Positions 19,689-29,242 of a DNA stretch of 43,365 nt are shown here, piece by piece. The stretch comes from Anaerolineae bacterium (GTDB lineage Bacteria > Chloroflexota > Anaerolineae > J102), in contig WFTO01000414.1 in NCBI GenBank assembly GCA_015485435.1, positions 1 through 43,365 of the forward strand. Direction: 5' to 3'. Each line of letters opens with the position of its first letter. The first letter of the stretch is position 1. The position numbers and the translations under genes are program-made. The notes beneath the pieces were generated by a model. That model saw only the letters and a list, made by a program, of their open reading frames with translations, was not told where the DNA came from and ran no database searches.

Positions 19689-20444
19689 TCACACTGTAGG
19701 CGCATATTCCCATCGTTCAGTTGCATCCCAATCAGAAAGTAACGCCTCATCGGAGAAAAAGCTCTGTAAGATGGGTGCATCAAACCACTGTCGACTGTAA
19801 ACACCGGTAGGATCAAGAGCCCGAATCACACGCGTATGCCGAGCGGATTGACTTTCCTGTTGACCAATCATGCGCTGACTGAGTACGCATAGTAAGTGCG
19901 CTTTCAAGCAATAAGGTAATTCCTGAATAACATATTGGGCCACCGTCAGTTGCGCCTGAAACTGACGGAGATGGAATAACGCCTCCGCCATTCCTAGAAG
20001 GGCATCCATGCGCTCCGGATGCTGAGCATACCCTTCTCGAAAATAACCGTAAGCGCTGGCCCACTTGCCTTGTGTTGCCGCGACATGGCCACGGGCGATG
20101 GCTGTGGATGGCGGCTCTTTCGAGACGATATCCTGGACATATTGTGTAGCTAACCTGGCGTCGGGCTCTAAACCTAATTTCAACGCCGAATCTCGCAACG
20201 CTTCCCACATTCTGAGGTCTTGCGGATCCGCGCTTAGTGCTCTTTGTAATAAATCCATGCTATCCGCAAACAAGCCGATGGAGAATGCCGCCAAACCCAT
20301 TTCTCGATAAGTCAATAGATGTCTTGGATAAAAACGGAGAATATGACGTCCCAATGCGAATCCGGCCGCGAATTCATTAGCTGCAAAAAGTTCTTCCAAA
20401 CGCTGGCTCAAATGTATCAGTGGCACATTTTCCATCATGACCAT
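19689..20444 (-). CDS. TPR-like repeat protein
   Basis: 251 aa, all-helical, with repeated A/L/Y-rich units of about 34 aa (for example GKWASAYGYFREGYAQHPERMDALLGMAEALFHL). Confidence 0.6.
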   Translation of the reverse strand: MVMMENVPLIHLSQRLEELFAANEFAAGFALGRHILRFYPRHLLTYREMGLAAFSIGLFADSMDLLQRALSADPQDLRMWEALRDSALKLGLEPDARLATQYVQDIVSKEPPSTAIARGHVAATQGKWASAYGYFREGYAQHPERMDALLGMAEALFHLRQFQAQLTVAQYVIQELPYCLKAHLLCVLSQRMIGQQESQSARHTRVIRALDPTGVYSRQWFDAPILQSFFSDEALLSDWDATERWEYAPTV

Positions 20445-20631
20445 ATCTTACCCGATGGTAGGAGATTAAACAACCAATCAAAAAGCAGCGATTACCCATA
20501 AGTCCATAAAAACAGTGTCTGGCATATCTCGAAAGTCTGGGGGTGACGCAACTTCAACAAGAGATAGCCAATCACCACACAAAAAACGCCAGGAGCGCTC
20601 CCACACTAACACGCCCCCGGCAATTCTCCCC

Positions 20632-20946
20632 TCAAGCGGCAATCCGATGAGCCAATCGTTGCAACGCAAGCCCCACGCGCGTACGCCAGGGCGTTTTTAT
20701 CAACCTCCAATGATTTAGTTGACGATCAAAATCCAGATGATACACTTTCCGACGGCTTCTCACCTTATATATTCGTCGGCCTTGCCTCAACCCATGGGAG
20801 GAACGCCAGATGTGCTCAATGGAATCAATGGGATAGACGCGTCCTCGCCATAAGAAATAACCGGGTGCTCCAAAACGATTACTTTGCACAATAATTGATT
20901 CACCATGCTGCTTCATGGATTCCTCCTTGGTAGTAGTGGGCGGCAT
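20632..20946 (-). CDS. small W/R/Y-rich protein of unknown function, third gene of the FtsK-like module
   Basis: 104 aa. FLWRGRVYPIDSIEHIW...RRIYKVRS...KVYHLDFDRQLNHWRLIK. Its start overlaps the upstream stop as TAATG. A possible relation to a DUF seen at the C-termini of ImuB-like proteins is from memory and unverified. Confidence 0.5.
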   Translation of the reverse strand: MPPTTTKEESMKQHGESIIVQSNRFGAPGYFLWRGRVYPIDSIEHIWRSSHGLRQGRRIYKVRSRRKVYHLDFDRQLNHWRLIKTPWRTRVGLALQRLAHRIAA

Positions 20947-21353
20947 TAGTCTGCAGATAGCCAGCTGTTTTCTGAAATTTCAACAGGATCGCTCTCTTCA
21001 TAGCCCATCAGGTGAAATTTTCGGGGAGTCGTTTGCACCCGGGGGGGCAATATGGGCTGCGTCGACGGGCTATGTGGGGATTGTGTCGGGGCGTATTGAG
21101 CAGGCATCATGCCACCGCTGACCACAATCACAGGAGGCTGCGGCTGATGATGAGACTGCGCCTGGCTAGCGTTCATTGCGTCATGCGTTTTTTTGAGAAG
21201 AAAACTTACAACAGCCAAAGAAGGAAGTATGGTTACCATCCCTAAGAGAGCGCCTATCAAAATAGAAAGAGCGTCGGTGCTAAGTCGATAACTTACGATG
21301 GCTATAAACACACTAGAAAGAACGATACCCATTAATGCAATGTATCTTTTCAT
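20946..21353 (-). CDS. 2-TM membrane protein with a P/Q/S-rich tail
   Basis: 135 aa. Two hydrophobic helices are followed by QAQSHHQPQPPV...PTQSPHSPSTQPILPP. Its ATG overlaps the FtsK-like gene's TGA as ATGA. Confidence 0.6.
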   Translation of the reverse strand: MKRYIALMGIVLSSVFIAIVSYRLSTDALSILIGALLGMVTILPSLAVVSFLLKKTHDAMNASQAQSHHQPQPPVIVVSGGMMPAQYAPTQSPHSPSTQPILPPRVQTTPRKFHLMGYEESDPVEISENSWLSAD

Positions 21354-22402
21354 GAAGCCAACTCCTTGACCAAAAAAGAGGGGTTTGAAATCGCCGTGCG
21401 AATCATGGCATCCTTGACGAAAGCTACTTGAAAACGAATGGTTTCATGACGAGCCACAAGAAGAAAATCGCCTCGCCCTCGTAATCGATTCGCACCACTG
21501 CCCGCCATACCTGTGGCGACCTTGGCGTCTTCGGGAGAGTTCACAGCGCCAACCAAGCGAACAGGTAAATTAGCCTTCACCACGCCTCCTATGATTGTCG
21601 ATTGTGGTCGTTGTGTGGCGATCACCACATGAATTCCCGCCTCTCGCCCACGCTGAGTTAATCTGATCAGCGCTTGCTCCACTCGCTGTCCGCCTATCAT
21701 ACGCAAGTCAGCAAGTTCATCAACAACCACCAGAATGGCAGGCCTGTGAAAATGCAAGCGATCTCGGCGTTCCATTTCCACCACTAATCCTTCCAATAGC
21801 CTCACCGCGCGTTCGGGATCAGTCTCAACAGGGTGAATGAGATGCGGTAGCCCATTGAACGCAACCAGGCCCCGGCCCTTAGGATCAATCAAAGCCATCC
21901 GAATACGATGTTGAGGATTGGTTAAAGCCAAACTGAGCACAATCGTTTTCAGCAACATGGTTTTTCCAGAACCAGTCGTCCCCGCAACAAGCATATGGGC
22001 CACGTCAGGACTGGTGATCTTCATCAATAACGGGACGCCTTCTTGGTCGACGCCAAGAATAGCTGTCAGCTCAGGCAAATCTCCGACGCGGCGATATAAC
22101 GTTTCAAAACGAACGTAGGCCATGTCTGAACGGGGTATTTCTACGCGCAACGTGTTTCCCATACGATACATGCGCACGTCGGGGACGCCTAAATGCATCG
22201 CCATTTCCTCACGCAGAGCCATTACCCTTTGCACGCGCATTTCATACGAAAGCTGCATATCAAATCGAATAAAGCGTGGGGTTACCACACCACCGAACAC
22301 GCGTCCTTTGATTTTGTGGGCAGATAACACCGCCTCTATCAGGTCGGCCTGACGATCAAGCTGGGATGTCTTCATGTTCTGAAACAGGGAAAAGCTGGAC
22401 AA
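21350..22402 (-). CDS. FtsK/SpoIIIE-family ATPase, motor domain only (no TM, no gamma domain)
   Basis: Walker A GTTGSGKT, Walker B ILVVVDELADL, ATQRPQ and GRGDFLL. The protein ends about 35 aa after GRGD. The track start is TTG at 22402. An alternative ATG lies at 22375. Neither start has an obvious Shine-Dalgarno sequence. Confidence 0.8.
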   Translation of the reverse strand: MSSFSLFQNMKTSQLDRQADLIEAVLSAHKIKGRVFGGVVTPRFIRFDMQLSYEMRVQRVMALREEMAMHLGVPDVRMYRMGNTLRVEIPRSDMAYVRFETLYRRVGDLPELTAILGVDQEGVPLLMKITSPDVAHMLVAGTTGSGKTMLLKTIVLSLALTNPQHRIRMALIDPKGRGLVAFNGLPHLIHPVETDPERAVRLLEGLVVEMERRDRLHFHRPAILVVVDELADLRMIGGQRVEQALIRLTQRGREAGIHVVIATQRPQSTIIGGVVKANLPVRLVGAVNSPEDAKVATGMAGSGANRLRGRGDFLLVARHETIRFQVAFVKDAMIRTAISNPSFLVKELAS

Positions 22403-22417
22403 GCCCTAAAGAATAGC

Positions 22418-22456
22418 AATTATGTTCTGATTTTTCACTTATTTTAGAACATAATT
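22418..22456. promoter_or_regulatory. perfect 11-bp inverted repeat, putative operator
   Basis: AATTATGTTCT (22418-22428) and AGAACATAATT (22446-22456), separated by a 17-nt spacer. It brackets the -10 element and the predicted transcription start of the FtsK-like gene promoter. Confidence 0.5.
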
Positions 22457-22470
22457 TCCCAAATTGTCAA
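22441..22470 (-). promoter_or_regulatory. sigma-70-type promoter of the FtsK-like module
   Basis: The minus strand reads TTGACA (22470-22465), an 18-nt spacer, then TAAAAT (22446-22441). Confidence 0.5.
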
Positions 22471-22492
22471 CCCCTTTTTCCCAACATTTATC

Positions 22493-22530
22493 CCAAAAAG
22501 AGAAAGGTGCGGCCTCAAAAGCCACACCTT
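22493..22530 (-). terminator. intrinsic terminator of the aldolase gene
   Basis: On the minus-strand RNA, AAGGUGUGGC pairs with GCCGCACCUU (10 bp, one G-U pair, 7-nt loop), followed by UCUCUUUUU. Confidence 0.7.
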
Positions 22531-22552
22531 AGTTTCACAGAGTGCTACATTT

Positions 22553-23608
22553 TTATGCCACGGTGATGCTTTCGTCTAGGTACACATCCTGGATCGCATG
22601 CAGGAGTTTGATGCCCTCCTCCATGGGCTTCTGGAAGGCTTTACGACCAGAGATAAGTCCCATGCCGCCGGCGCGTTTATTGATGACCGCGGTGCGTACA
22701 GCCTGTGCCAGATCGTTCTCTCCTGAGGCGCCACCCGAATTAATCAGGCCAATGCGTCCCATGTAACAATTCGCCACCTGCCAGCGCACCAAATCGATGG
22801 GATGATCGGAGGTAAGCTTGCTGTAAACCAACGGATGCGTGCGACCAAAGCCGATCGCTGTGTAGCCGCCATTATTCGTGGCTTGTTTTTGCTTAATGAT
22901 ATCGGCCTCGATCGTCGCGGCCAAATGATTGGCCTGCCCAGTCAGGTCTGCTGAGGTGTGATAATCCACGCCATCTTTCTTGAAGGCGCTGTTGCGCAGA
23001 TAGGCCCACAATACAGTCACCATGCCCAGTTCATGCGCGCGAGCAAAGGCCTCACTCACTTCCATAATTTGTCGCCGAGATTCTTCGGAGCCAAAATAGA
23101 TGGTGGCACCTACGGCAATCGCCCCCATATCGAAGGCCTGTTCCACCGCAGCAAACATGGTCTGGTCATATTTGGCTGGATAAGTGAGCAACTCATTATG
23201 GTTGAGCTTGACCAGGAAAGGAATCTTGTGGGCATACTTTCGAGACACCGCCCCCAAGACCCCGAGGGTTGAGGCCACCGCATTGCAGCCGCCCTCGATG
23301 GCCAACTTTACGATGTTTTCGGGATCGAAATAGATTGGATTGGGAGCAAACGAAGCAGCGCCCGAATGTTCCACGCCCTGATCCACGGGTAGAATGGAGA
23401 CATAGCCGGTTCCGGCAAGTCTACCATGATTGAGTATTACCTGCATGTTACGCAGAACCATGGGGGGACGATCCATGGATGCCATTATTCGATCCACATA
23501 ATCAGGACCTGGGACATGGATCATCTCCTTGGGGATACCTTTGCAGGTATGTGTCAACAGGCTTTCTGCCTCATCTCCCAGCAGATCAAGAATCATTTGT
23601 TGGGTCAT
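22553..23608 (-). CDS. fbaB: class I fructose-bisphosphate aldolase (FbaB/DhnA type)
   Basis: Starting at 23608 ([18 protein letters not shown]...) gives 351 aa, with AAGGAG upstream. Long collinear matches to my remembered E. coli FbaB sequence (RPPxVLRNMQ, [20 protein letters not shown], [11 protein letters not shown]). Confidence 0.9.
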   Translation of the reverse strand: MTQQMILDLLGDEAESLLTHTCKGIPKEMIHVPGPDYVDRIMASMDRPPMVLRNMQVILNHGRLAGTGYVSILPVDQGVEHSGAASFAPNPIYFDPENIVKLAIEGGCNAVASTLGVLGAVSRKYAHKIPFLVKLNHNELLTYPAKYDQTMFAAVEQAFDMGAIAVGATIYFGSEESRRQIMEVSEAFARAHELGMVTVLWAYLRNSAFKKDGVDYHTSADLTGQANHLAATIEADIIKQKQATNNGGYTAIGFGRTHPLVYSKLTSDHPIDLVRWQVANCYMGRIGLINSGGASGENDLAQAVRTAVINKRAGGMGLISGRKAFQKPMEEGIKLLHAIQDVYLDESITVA

Positions 23609-23806
23609 TTTCTCCAACTCCTTTGTTGATAAAGTGCACGCAGGTGCAAACACACTCACAGCATTTGAACGCCTTACTCAGGCCATCATGACTCGATCGC
23701 GTTAGCAAGACGTGTTCCGCCGAAGGTGTGTTACATCGAGCTTTCGTAAAGGGATTTATCTATCGCTAAGTTTACCATTTTCTCTCGAAAGTGAGCAATA
23801 ATCCAT

Positions 23807-25039
23807 TCAAACATGCAACTGATCAGTGTTCAGCTTTTCTGTTTTTCTAGAAAGAGCAACGTAAATCATCCCTGCCAGCAAAGATATCGCAAACGCAGCA
23901 TACCAAACCCAATCAGGGTCCCAATAATCCATAACCACGCCCGCCAACAACGGCCCCACCGCCGCGGGAATAGCCCAACTGAAACCAAACACGGCCATAT
24001 ATCGACCCCGCATCGCCTCGGGAGCAAGGCGAGCCACGACCGCCTGGGCAATAGGTACAATAAGCATCTCGCCAATGGTGATAATTATCATTGCCAACAC
24101 AAAAAGACCGAAGCTACCCACGACACCATACATCCCAAAGCCGATAGCATAAAGAATAGATCCAAACGCCAACACATACAACGGGTGATAAGGCCTGACC
24201 TTTCTAGTCACGATAAACTGAAATAAAACCACAAGAAGCGCATTCATGCTAATCAAATAACCATACTGCTGCGGTGGCACATGATGAACATCTCGCAAAT
24301 AAACGGAAAGGGTTGTGTTCATCTGAAGATAAACGATGTATTCAAGAATAGAAGCAATCATAAAAATCATGAATACCGCATCTCTGAACACCTCGAAATA
24401 ACCGATAAACATCCCTTTCAGTTCACCCTTCTTTTCTCGATCAATGGATTTAGGTAACGTCTCGCGGATAAAAAACATAACGATAAAGGAGGTGATCGTG
24501 CTGGCAATGAAATCAGCAATAAACAACGACAAATAAGAACGGCTTGCCATAAAACCACCAATCGCCGGACCAATGGTTACCGCCAAGTTCATAACGACCC
24601 TCATCAGCCCATACCCCTCGGCGCGCTGTTGGGGCGTTAAGATGTCTGCAATCATCGCCTGACGGGCTGGTTCACCAACATTGGCAAATAACCCGACCAG
24701 GATCGCGGCCATAAAAAAGAGCCGGATATCACCAGCAAATCCCATTAGCAATGTTATAAGAGCACTGGCGATTAACCCAAAGACAATCATCTTCTTCCGC
24801 CCGAAACGATCAGAAAGCGCGCCGCCCACAAAACTACCCGCAATCGATGAAATCGAAAACACACCAAAGATAAACCCTACGGTGACCATGCCAATATCAA
24901 AGCGGGCCGTAAGATAAAGCGTGAAAAACGGAAAAAGAAGAGCGCCACCTAAGCCGTCAATGAAACTTGCCGCAAGCAGCAACCAAAACTGCTTGGGATA
25001 CTCATCAAAGAGGCGACGAAGTTTGACAAAGGTAAGCAT
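23807..25039 (-). CDS. MFS transporter
   Basis: 410 aa, about 12 TM helices, with the MFS loop motif GALSDRFGRKK between TM2 and TM3. Confidence 0.85.
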   Translation of the reverse strand: MLTFVKLRRLFDEYPKQFWLLLAASFIDGLGGALLFPFFTLYLTARFDIGMVTVGFIFGVFSISSIAGSFVGGALSDRFGRKKMIVFGLIASALITLLMGFAGDIRLFFMAAILVGLFANVGEPARQAMIADILTPQQRAEGYGLMRVVMNLAVTIGPAIGGFMASRSYLSLFIADFIASTITSFIVMFFIRETLPKSIDREKKGELKGMFIGYFEVFRDAVFMIFMIASILEYIVYLQMNTTLSVYLRDVHHVPPQQYGYLISMNALLVVLFQFIVTRKVRPYHPLYVLAFGSILYAIGFGMYGVVGSFGLFVLAMIIITIGEMLIVPIAQAVVARLAPEAMRGRYMAVFGFSWAIPAAVGPLLAGVVMDYWDPDWVWYAAFAISLLAGMIYVALSRKTEKLNTDQLHV

Positions 25040-25177
25040 GATGGTAACGTGTTCATGTAGGGCTTGATTTTCTGGTAAAGGACCACCTTCTCATTAGGAA
25101 GACATGACCATCTTTCCGATGACATATCTATCCATGTTTATCCGTGGGGAACACCCATCATCCAGCACAGCTTTCCG

Positions 25178-26995
25178 TTAAGCGGCTCGTCCGCCCAAGA
25201 GGGAACTTTGTCGTTCCAACTCGCGGCGGAATTGATAAGTGTATAGCTTGTAATACCGGCCGCGCAGACGCATCAGCTCAAAATGCGCGCCCTGTTCTAC
25301 AATCCGACCATCCTCGATATAGAGGATACGATCTGCTCGCCGAATGGTGGAAAGACGATGAGCGATAACAAAACTGGTTCGATCTCGCATCATCGCCTCC
25401 ATGCCACGCTGAATCAAACGTTCCGTTATTGTATCGACAGAGCTCGTTGCCTCATCCATAATAAAAATATCGGGATCTGCAAGCACTGCTCTGGCCAAAG
25501 AAATGAGCTGTTTCTGTCCTGTGGAGAGCAGAACGCCCCCCTCGCCCACATCGGTGTCGTAACCTTGTTCTAATTCCACAATAAAATCGTGAGCGCCAGC
25601 CAGTTTTGCCGCCGCCTCAACCTCCTCATCTGTGGCATTAAGCTTACCATAACGGATATTTTCGCGTATGGAACCGGAAAAAAGATGGGGCGACTGCAGC
25701 ACAATACCGAGACGCGAATGGATGCTGGCTAATGTTATTGTCGTGTAATCTCGCTCGCCAAAGCGTATGACTCCCGCTTTGGGTTCGTAAAAACGACAAA
25801 GAAGGTTGACAATCGTGCTCTTTCCACCCCCGGTCGGCCCCACCAATGCAATGGTTTCACCCTGATGTACGTCGAGATTGAAGTCTTGAAGTATAGGTTT
25901 CTCTTTTTCATAATAAAAATCGACATGATCGAATTCGATATCCACGCGTAACGTCTCTATGGGCGTTGCCCCCACGCGATCGTTCACCTCTGGAACAGCA
26001 TCCAACAAAGAAAAAATGCGTTCTGCAGAAGCAATGGCCTGTTGGGTGCTGGCATAAACTCGCGCCAGGTCCTGAACAGGCCAAAGCATAAACGCGATAT
26101 AAGAGATAAATGCCTGGATGCCGCCAATCGTCATTCCACCAACCTCTGTTTGAAGCCCTCCAACCACCACGACAACGCCAATAGCAACAGCGCTGATAAT
26201 CTGAACAACAGGCAAAAATAATGCGGAAAGCCACCCTGCGCGAAAACCGGCGCGATAGCGTTCAAACGAAAGATTGGCAAACTCTTCCAGGTTTTTCTCT
26301 TCACGACTGAACGCCTTTGTAACACGCACACCCGTAATATTTTCATTGAAGGCGCCCGTGATTTTGGAGTTTAATTTGCGCACCTTGCGAAACTCCACCA
26401 AAATCAACTTTTTAAAATACACGGCAACAATGACAAGGATCGGCAATACAAGGATCACAAGCGCGGCCAGTTTCCAATTTATCTTAAACATGAAATAAAA
26501 GGACGTGCCAATTCCAATAACTGCCCAGGTCATATCCAGCATGCCCCAACTGACCAATTCCCCCACACGTTCTGTGTCAGATGTTACACGCGACATAATC
26601 CAACCCACAGGCGTCCGGTCGAAATAAGAAAAAGAGAGCTCCTGGAGATGATCGAACAACTTTTTGCGTAAATCGTACCGGACGCGCTCACTTAGCACGC
26701 CGGCTGCATAAATAAATCCAAACACCCCAATACTCTGTACGAGAATCAGTAACCCATATTGCATGGCCAACCGGAACAACTGCTCTCGATTCCCAGGCAC
26801 AATCCCCTCATCGATCATCCGTTTGCTCAAAAAAGTGAAATAGCCGTCTAATAAAGAGACCGCAGCGATCGCGAGCAGAAAAACAAGCATGAGTAACCAG
26901 TGCGGCCTGGCCTGTGCAAAAATACGCCCCAACACCTGACCGTTAAACTGTGAAGAAAACTCTTCTTCTTCAAATTGAGTCGATTTATCAGACAT
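25178..26995 (-). CDS. ABC exporter, fused permease/ATPase subunit
   Basis: Six N-terminal TM helices, then Walker A GPTGGGKST, signature LSTGQKQ and Walker B IFIMDEATS. I chose the ATG at 26995 (GAGGA 10 nt upstream). The track start at 27004 is TTG. Confidence 0.9.
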   Translation of the reverse strand: MSDKSTQFEEEEFSSQFNGQVLGRIFAQARPHWLLMLVFLLAIAAVSLLDGYFTFLSKRMIDEGIVPGNREQLFRLAMQYGLLILVQSIGVFGFIYAAGVLSERVRYDLRKKLFDHLQELSFSYFDRTPVGWIMSRVTSDTERVGELVSWGMLDMTWAVIGIGTSFYFMFKINWKLAALVILVLPILVIVAVYFKKLILVEFRKVRKLNSKITGAFNENITGVRVTKAFSREEKNLEEFANLSFERYRAGFRAGWLSALFLPVVQIISAVAIGVVVVVGGLQTEVGGMTIGGIQAFISYIAFMLWPVQDLARVYASTQQAIASAERIFSLLDAVPEVNDRVGATPIETLRVDIEFDHVDFYYEKEKPILQDFNLDVHQGETIALVGPTGGGKSTIVNLLCRFYEPKAGVIRFGERDYTTITLASIHSRLGIVLQSPHLFSGSIRENIRYGKLNATDEEVEAAAKLAGAHDFIVELEQGYDTDVGEGGVLLSTGQKQLISLARAVLADPDIFIMDEATSSVDTITERLIQRGMEAMMRDRTSFVIAHRLSTIRRADRILYIEDGRIVEQGAHFELMRLRGRYYKLYTYQFRRELERQSSLLGGRAA

Positions 26996-27078
26996 CGTTT
27001 TCAATTCCTCAATAATAACTTAATCATTTTGTTTTTGTTGCAAACGATAAAAATCAATATCTGTCGAGGCCCCCGACA

Positions 27079-28911
27079 TCAGGCGTCCTCCATAGCCAGA
27101 GATTCATCGACTTGTGACTGCAAATCATAGATATCACGATAAAAACCTGGTTGCTGAATGAGCTCCTCATGGGAGCCGATTTGGGCGATCCTTCCACGTT
27201 CCAACACAACAATCACATCAGCTTGCATGACGGTTTGAAAACGATGCGCAATAATAAAGCTGGTCCTGCCAGCCATCAGTCGAAACAGAGCCTGCTGAAT
27301 CAATTCTTCCGTTTCTGCATCCACAGAACTGGTGGCGTCATCTAAAATGAGAATCCGGGGATTTCGTAAAATTGCCCGAGCAATGGCGATGCGTTGTTTT
27401 TGCCCCCCAGAAAGGGTCACGCCTCGCTCACCAACTAACGTATCATAACCATCAGGAAACCCCATGATGCTTTCATGGATTGCAGCAGCTTTAGCGGCCT
27501 CGATTATTTCCTCATCAGAGACATTACGGTTTACCCCATAGGCGATATTCTCACGAATGGTACGAGAGAACAAAAAAGGTTCTTGTTCCACTATCGCCAT
27601 CTGGCTACGCAAGAAGCGACGCGGATAGTGCTTCAATTCCACACCATCCAGATAGATGTGCCCCTCCGAATATTCATAAAAACGAGGAAGCAAATTGACC
27701 AGGGTCGTTTTCCCTGAACCTGAGGCGCCCAACAAGGCCACCGTCTGTCCTGGCTTGCAATGAAATGAAATATCATGAAGCACGGGAACACTTTCATCCT
27801 CGCCTTCGTAGGAAAAACTGACATGCTCAAAGCGAATATCCCCAGCAACATCTCCTGAGGGGATAAATGCGCCTTCTTCCACAGGTTCTTTCTCGACGCG
27901 GATAATCGCAGCCACGCGCTCATACGACACCAACGCCGTTGACGTCTGTACAATGACGCGTCCAAGATTCCGCATGGGCCAAATAATGTAGATGAGCATG
28001 CCAATATAGGCCAGATAATCGCCAATGGTGATGACGCTATTCATGGCCATCAGCCCGCCTACCACATAGCCGGTGAGCATCTGAGCGCCGGCGATGAGAT
28101 CAGAACTTGGCCAAAACAAGGCGTGGAAAAAGATCAATTTCTTTCCCAGGAGGTATTTGCGCCAGCTCACATTGTCAAACTGTCCTTTCTCATAGTCTTG
28201 CCGCGCAAACGCCTTGACTACCCTCACCCCCGTTAAATTCTCTTGCAGGCGTGTCGAAACGACGGCATCTTGCTCCTGGTAGCGTTCATATTGATCGCGA
28301 ATTCGTCTGAAAAAAACATAAGAGACGATGACAAGTGCAGGAACAGCGATCACCGATATCAAAGCTAGCCGCATATTTATGCGCCAGATCGCCGCAAAGT
28401 TAATGACAAACAACAGCAAAATACGGCCGATACTCATCGCTTGATCCTGATAAAAACGACGCACCGCATCCACATCAGAGGTGGCTCGTTGGATCAGCTC
28501 ACCGGTTTTGGTTTTATCATGATAGGAAAAATTCAATCGTTGGATGTGATCATAAAGGTAATTGCGCAATCGCAAGGCAATTCCTTCCGCGGTCTGGGTC
28601 GCCAAATACCCACTAATGAATGTAAAACTTCCCTGCACCAATGCCAGGGAGATGAACGCCAGAGCAACCAACACCAACGATGACCACGTGGCCCCCTTTC
28701 CTAATACTTTATCGACGTAAAAGCCAATGAGCATATACGTCGCAGTGCGTGAAAATGCCGAGATAGCAACGGCCACATTTGCCGTAAAGAATCTGAGATA
28801 ATAGCCGCGCAACAATCGCCAAAGTCCGACTAGTCGGTTTTCGGCCACAGTTGTTTTCAAGTCTAAGGGGATCAACGGTGTTTGTGGTGACATATTCGTC
28901 TTAATGTTCAA
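27079..28911 (-). CDS. ABC exporter, fused permease/ATPase subunit (partner of the downstream gene)
   Basis: TM domain plus Walker A GASGSGKTT, signature LSGGQKQR and Walker B ILILDDATS. The track start at 28911 is TTG. An alternative ATG lies at 28893. Confidence 0.9.
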   Translation of the reverse strand: MNIKTNMSPQTPLIPLDLKTTVAENRLVGLWRLLRGYYLRFFTANVAVAISAFSRTATYMLIGFYVDKVLGKGATWSSLVLVALAFISLALVQGSFTFISGYLATQTAEGIALRLRNYLYDHIQRLNFSYHDKTKTGELIQRATSDVDAVRRFYQDQAMSIGRILLLFVINFAAIWRINMRLALISVIAVPALVIVSYVFFRRIRDQYERYQEQDAVVSTRLQENLTGVRVVKAFARQDYEKGQFDNVSWRKYLLGKKLIFFHALFWPSSDLIAGAQMLTGYVVGGLMAMNSVITIGDYLAYIGMLIYIIWPMRNLGRVIVQTSTALVSYERVAAIIRVEKEPVEEGAFIPSGDVAGDIRFEHVSFSYEGEDESVPVLHDISFHCKPGQTVALLGASGSGKTTLVNLLPRFYEYSEGHIYLDGVELKHYPRRFLRSQMAIVEQEPFLFSRTIRENIAYGVNRNVSDEEIIEAAKAAAIHESIMGFPDGYDTLVGERGVTLSGGQKQRIAIARAILRNPRILILDDATSSVDAETEELIQQALFRLMAGRTSFIIAHRFQTVMQADVIVVLERGRIAQIGSHEELIQQPGFYRDIYDLQSQVDESLAMEDA

Positions 28912-28982
28912 AAAGCAGTCATATAGGAATTTGGATTTATCATCGCAGACGGACTACTCAATCATTAACGAACGTCCAACAT

Positions 28983-28991
28983 TTTTCCACA
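28983..28991 (+). promoter_or_regulatory. isolated DnaA-box-like 9-mer TTTTCCACA
   Basis: 8 of 9 matches to the TTATCCACA consensus. Same orientation as the downstream array, and inside the 448-bp gap. Confidence 0.3.
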
Positions 28992-29180
28992 ACATCAAGC
29001 AACGCAATGTGAGCAAACTTCGACGACAGCCGAAGATGGATCTTGCAGCGGGCTCATCACTCCTCCTCCAGACGCGCGAAATCGCCCCACAAAACGGTGG
29101 ACCCCGGCGCTTGTGCCTGAAGTATTATACGATAACAAGAAGCATGCTGCAAAACGACAGGGCCGTTTTTCTTTTGTGAA

Positions 29181-29242
29181 TTCCCCAACTTTACCCCAAA
29201 ACTTTCCACAATACCCACAAGTTTTCCACAATTCTTTCCACA
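29181..29242 (+). promoter_or_regulatory. phased array of six same-strand CCACA/CCCAA-core 9-mers (DnaA-box-like)
   Basis: TTCCCCAAC (29181), TTACCCCAA (29191), CTTTCCACA (29202), ATACCCACA (29211), TTTTCCACA (29222) and CTTTCCACA (29234). Spacing is 9-12 bp. The last four match TTATCCACA at 7-8 of 9 positions. Confidence 0.45.

Noticed and set aside
22418-22456. Reading the AGAACAT/ATGTTCT half-sites as a LexA (Cheo-type GAAC-N4-GTTC) SOS box in front of the FtsK-like module.
   Set aside because: The half-sites face outward (GTTC-N19-GAAC) rather than forming GAAC-N4-GTTC. The best flank-assisted box, GAAA-TTAT-GTTC, has a core mismatch, and its mirror, GAAC-ATAA-TTGC, has two. I found no GAAC-N4-GTTC in the recA leader (2324-2581) or upstream of uvrC. 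SOS control therefore remains an untested idea, not a call.
29145-29177. A weak hairpin, AAAACG-ACAGGGC-CGTTTT, followed by TCTTTTG, as the terminator of a small RNA in the gap.
   Set aside because: The stem is only 6 bp and AU-rich. I found no convincing upstream promoter and cannot assess conservation. The evidence is too weak to annotate.
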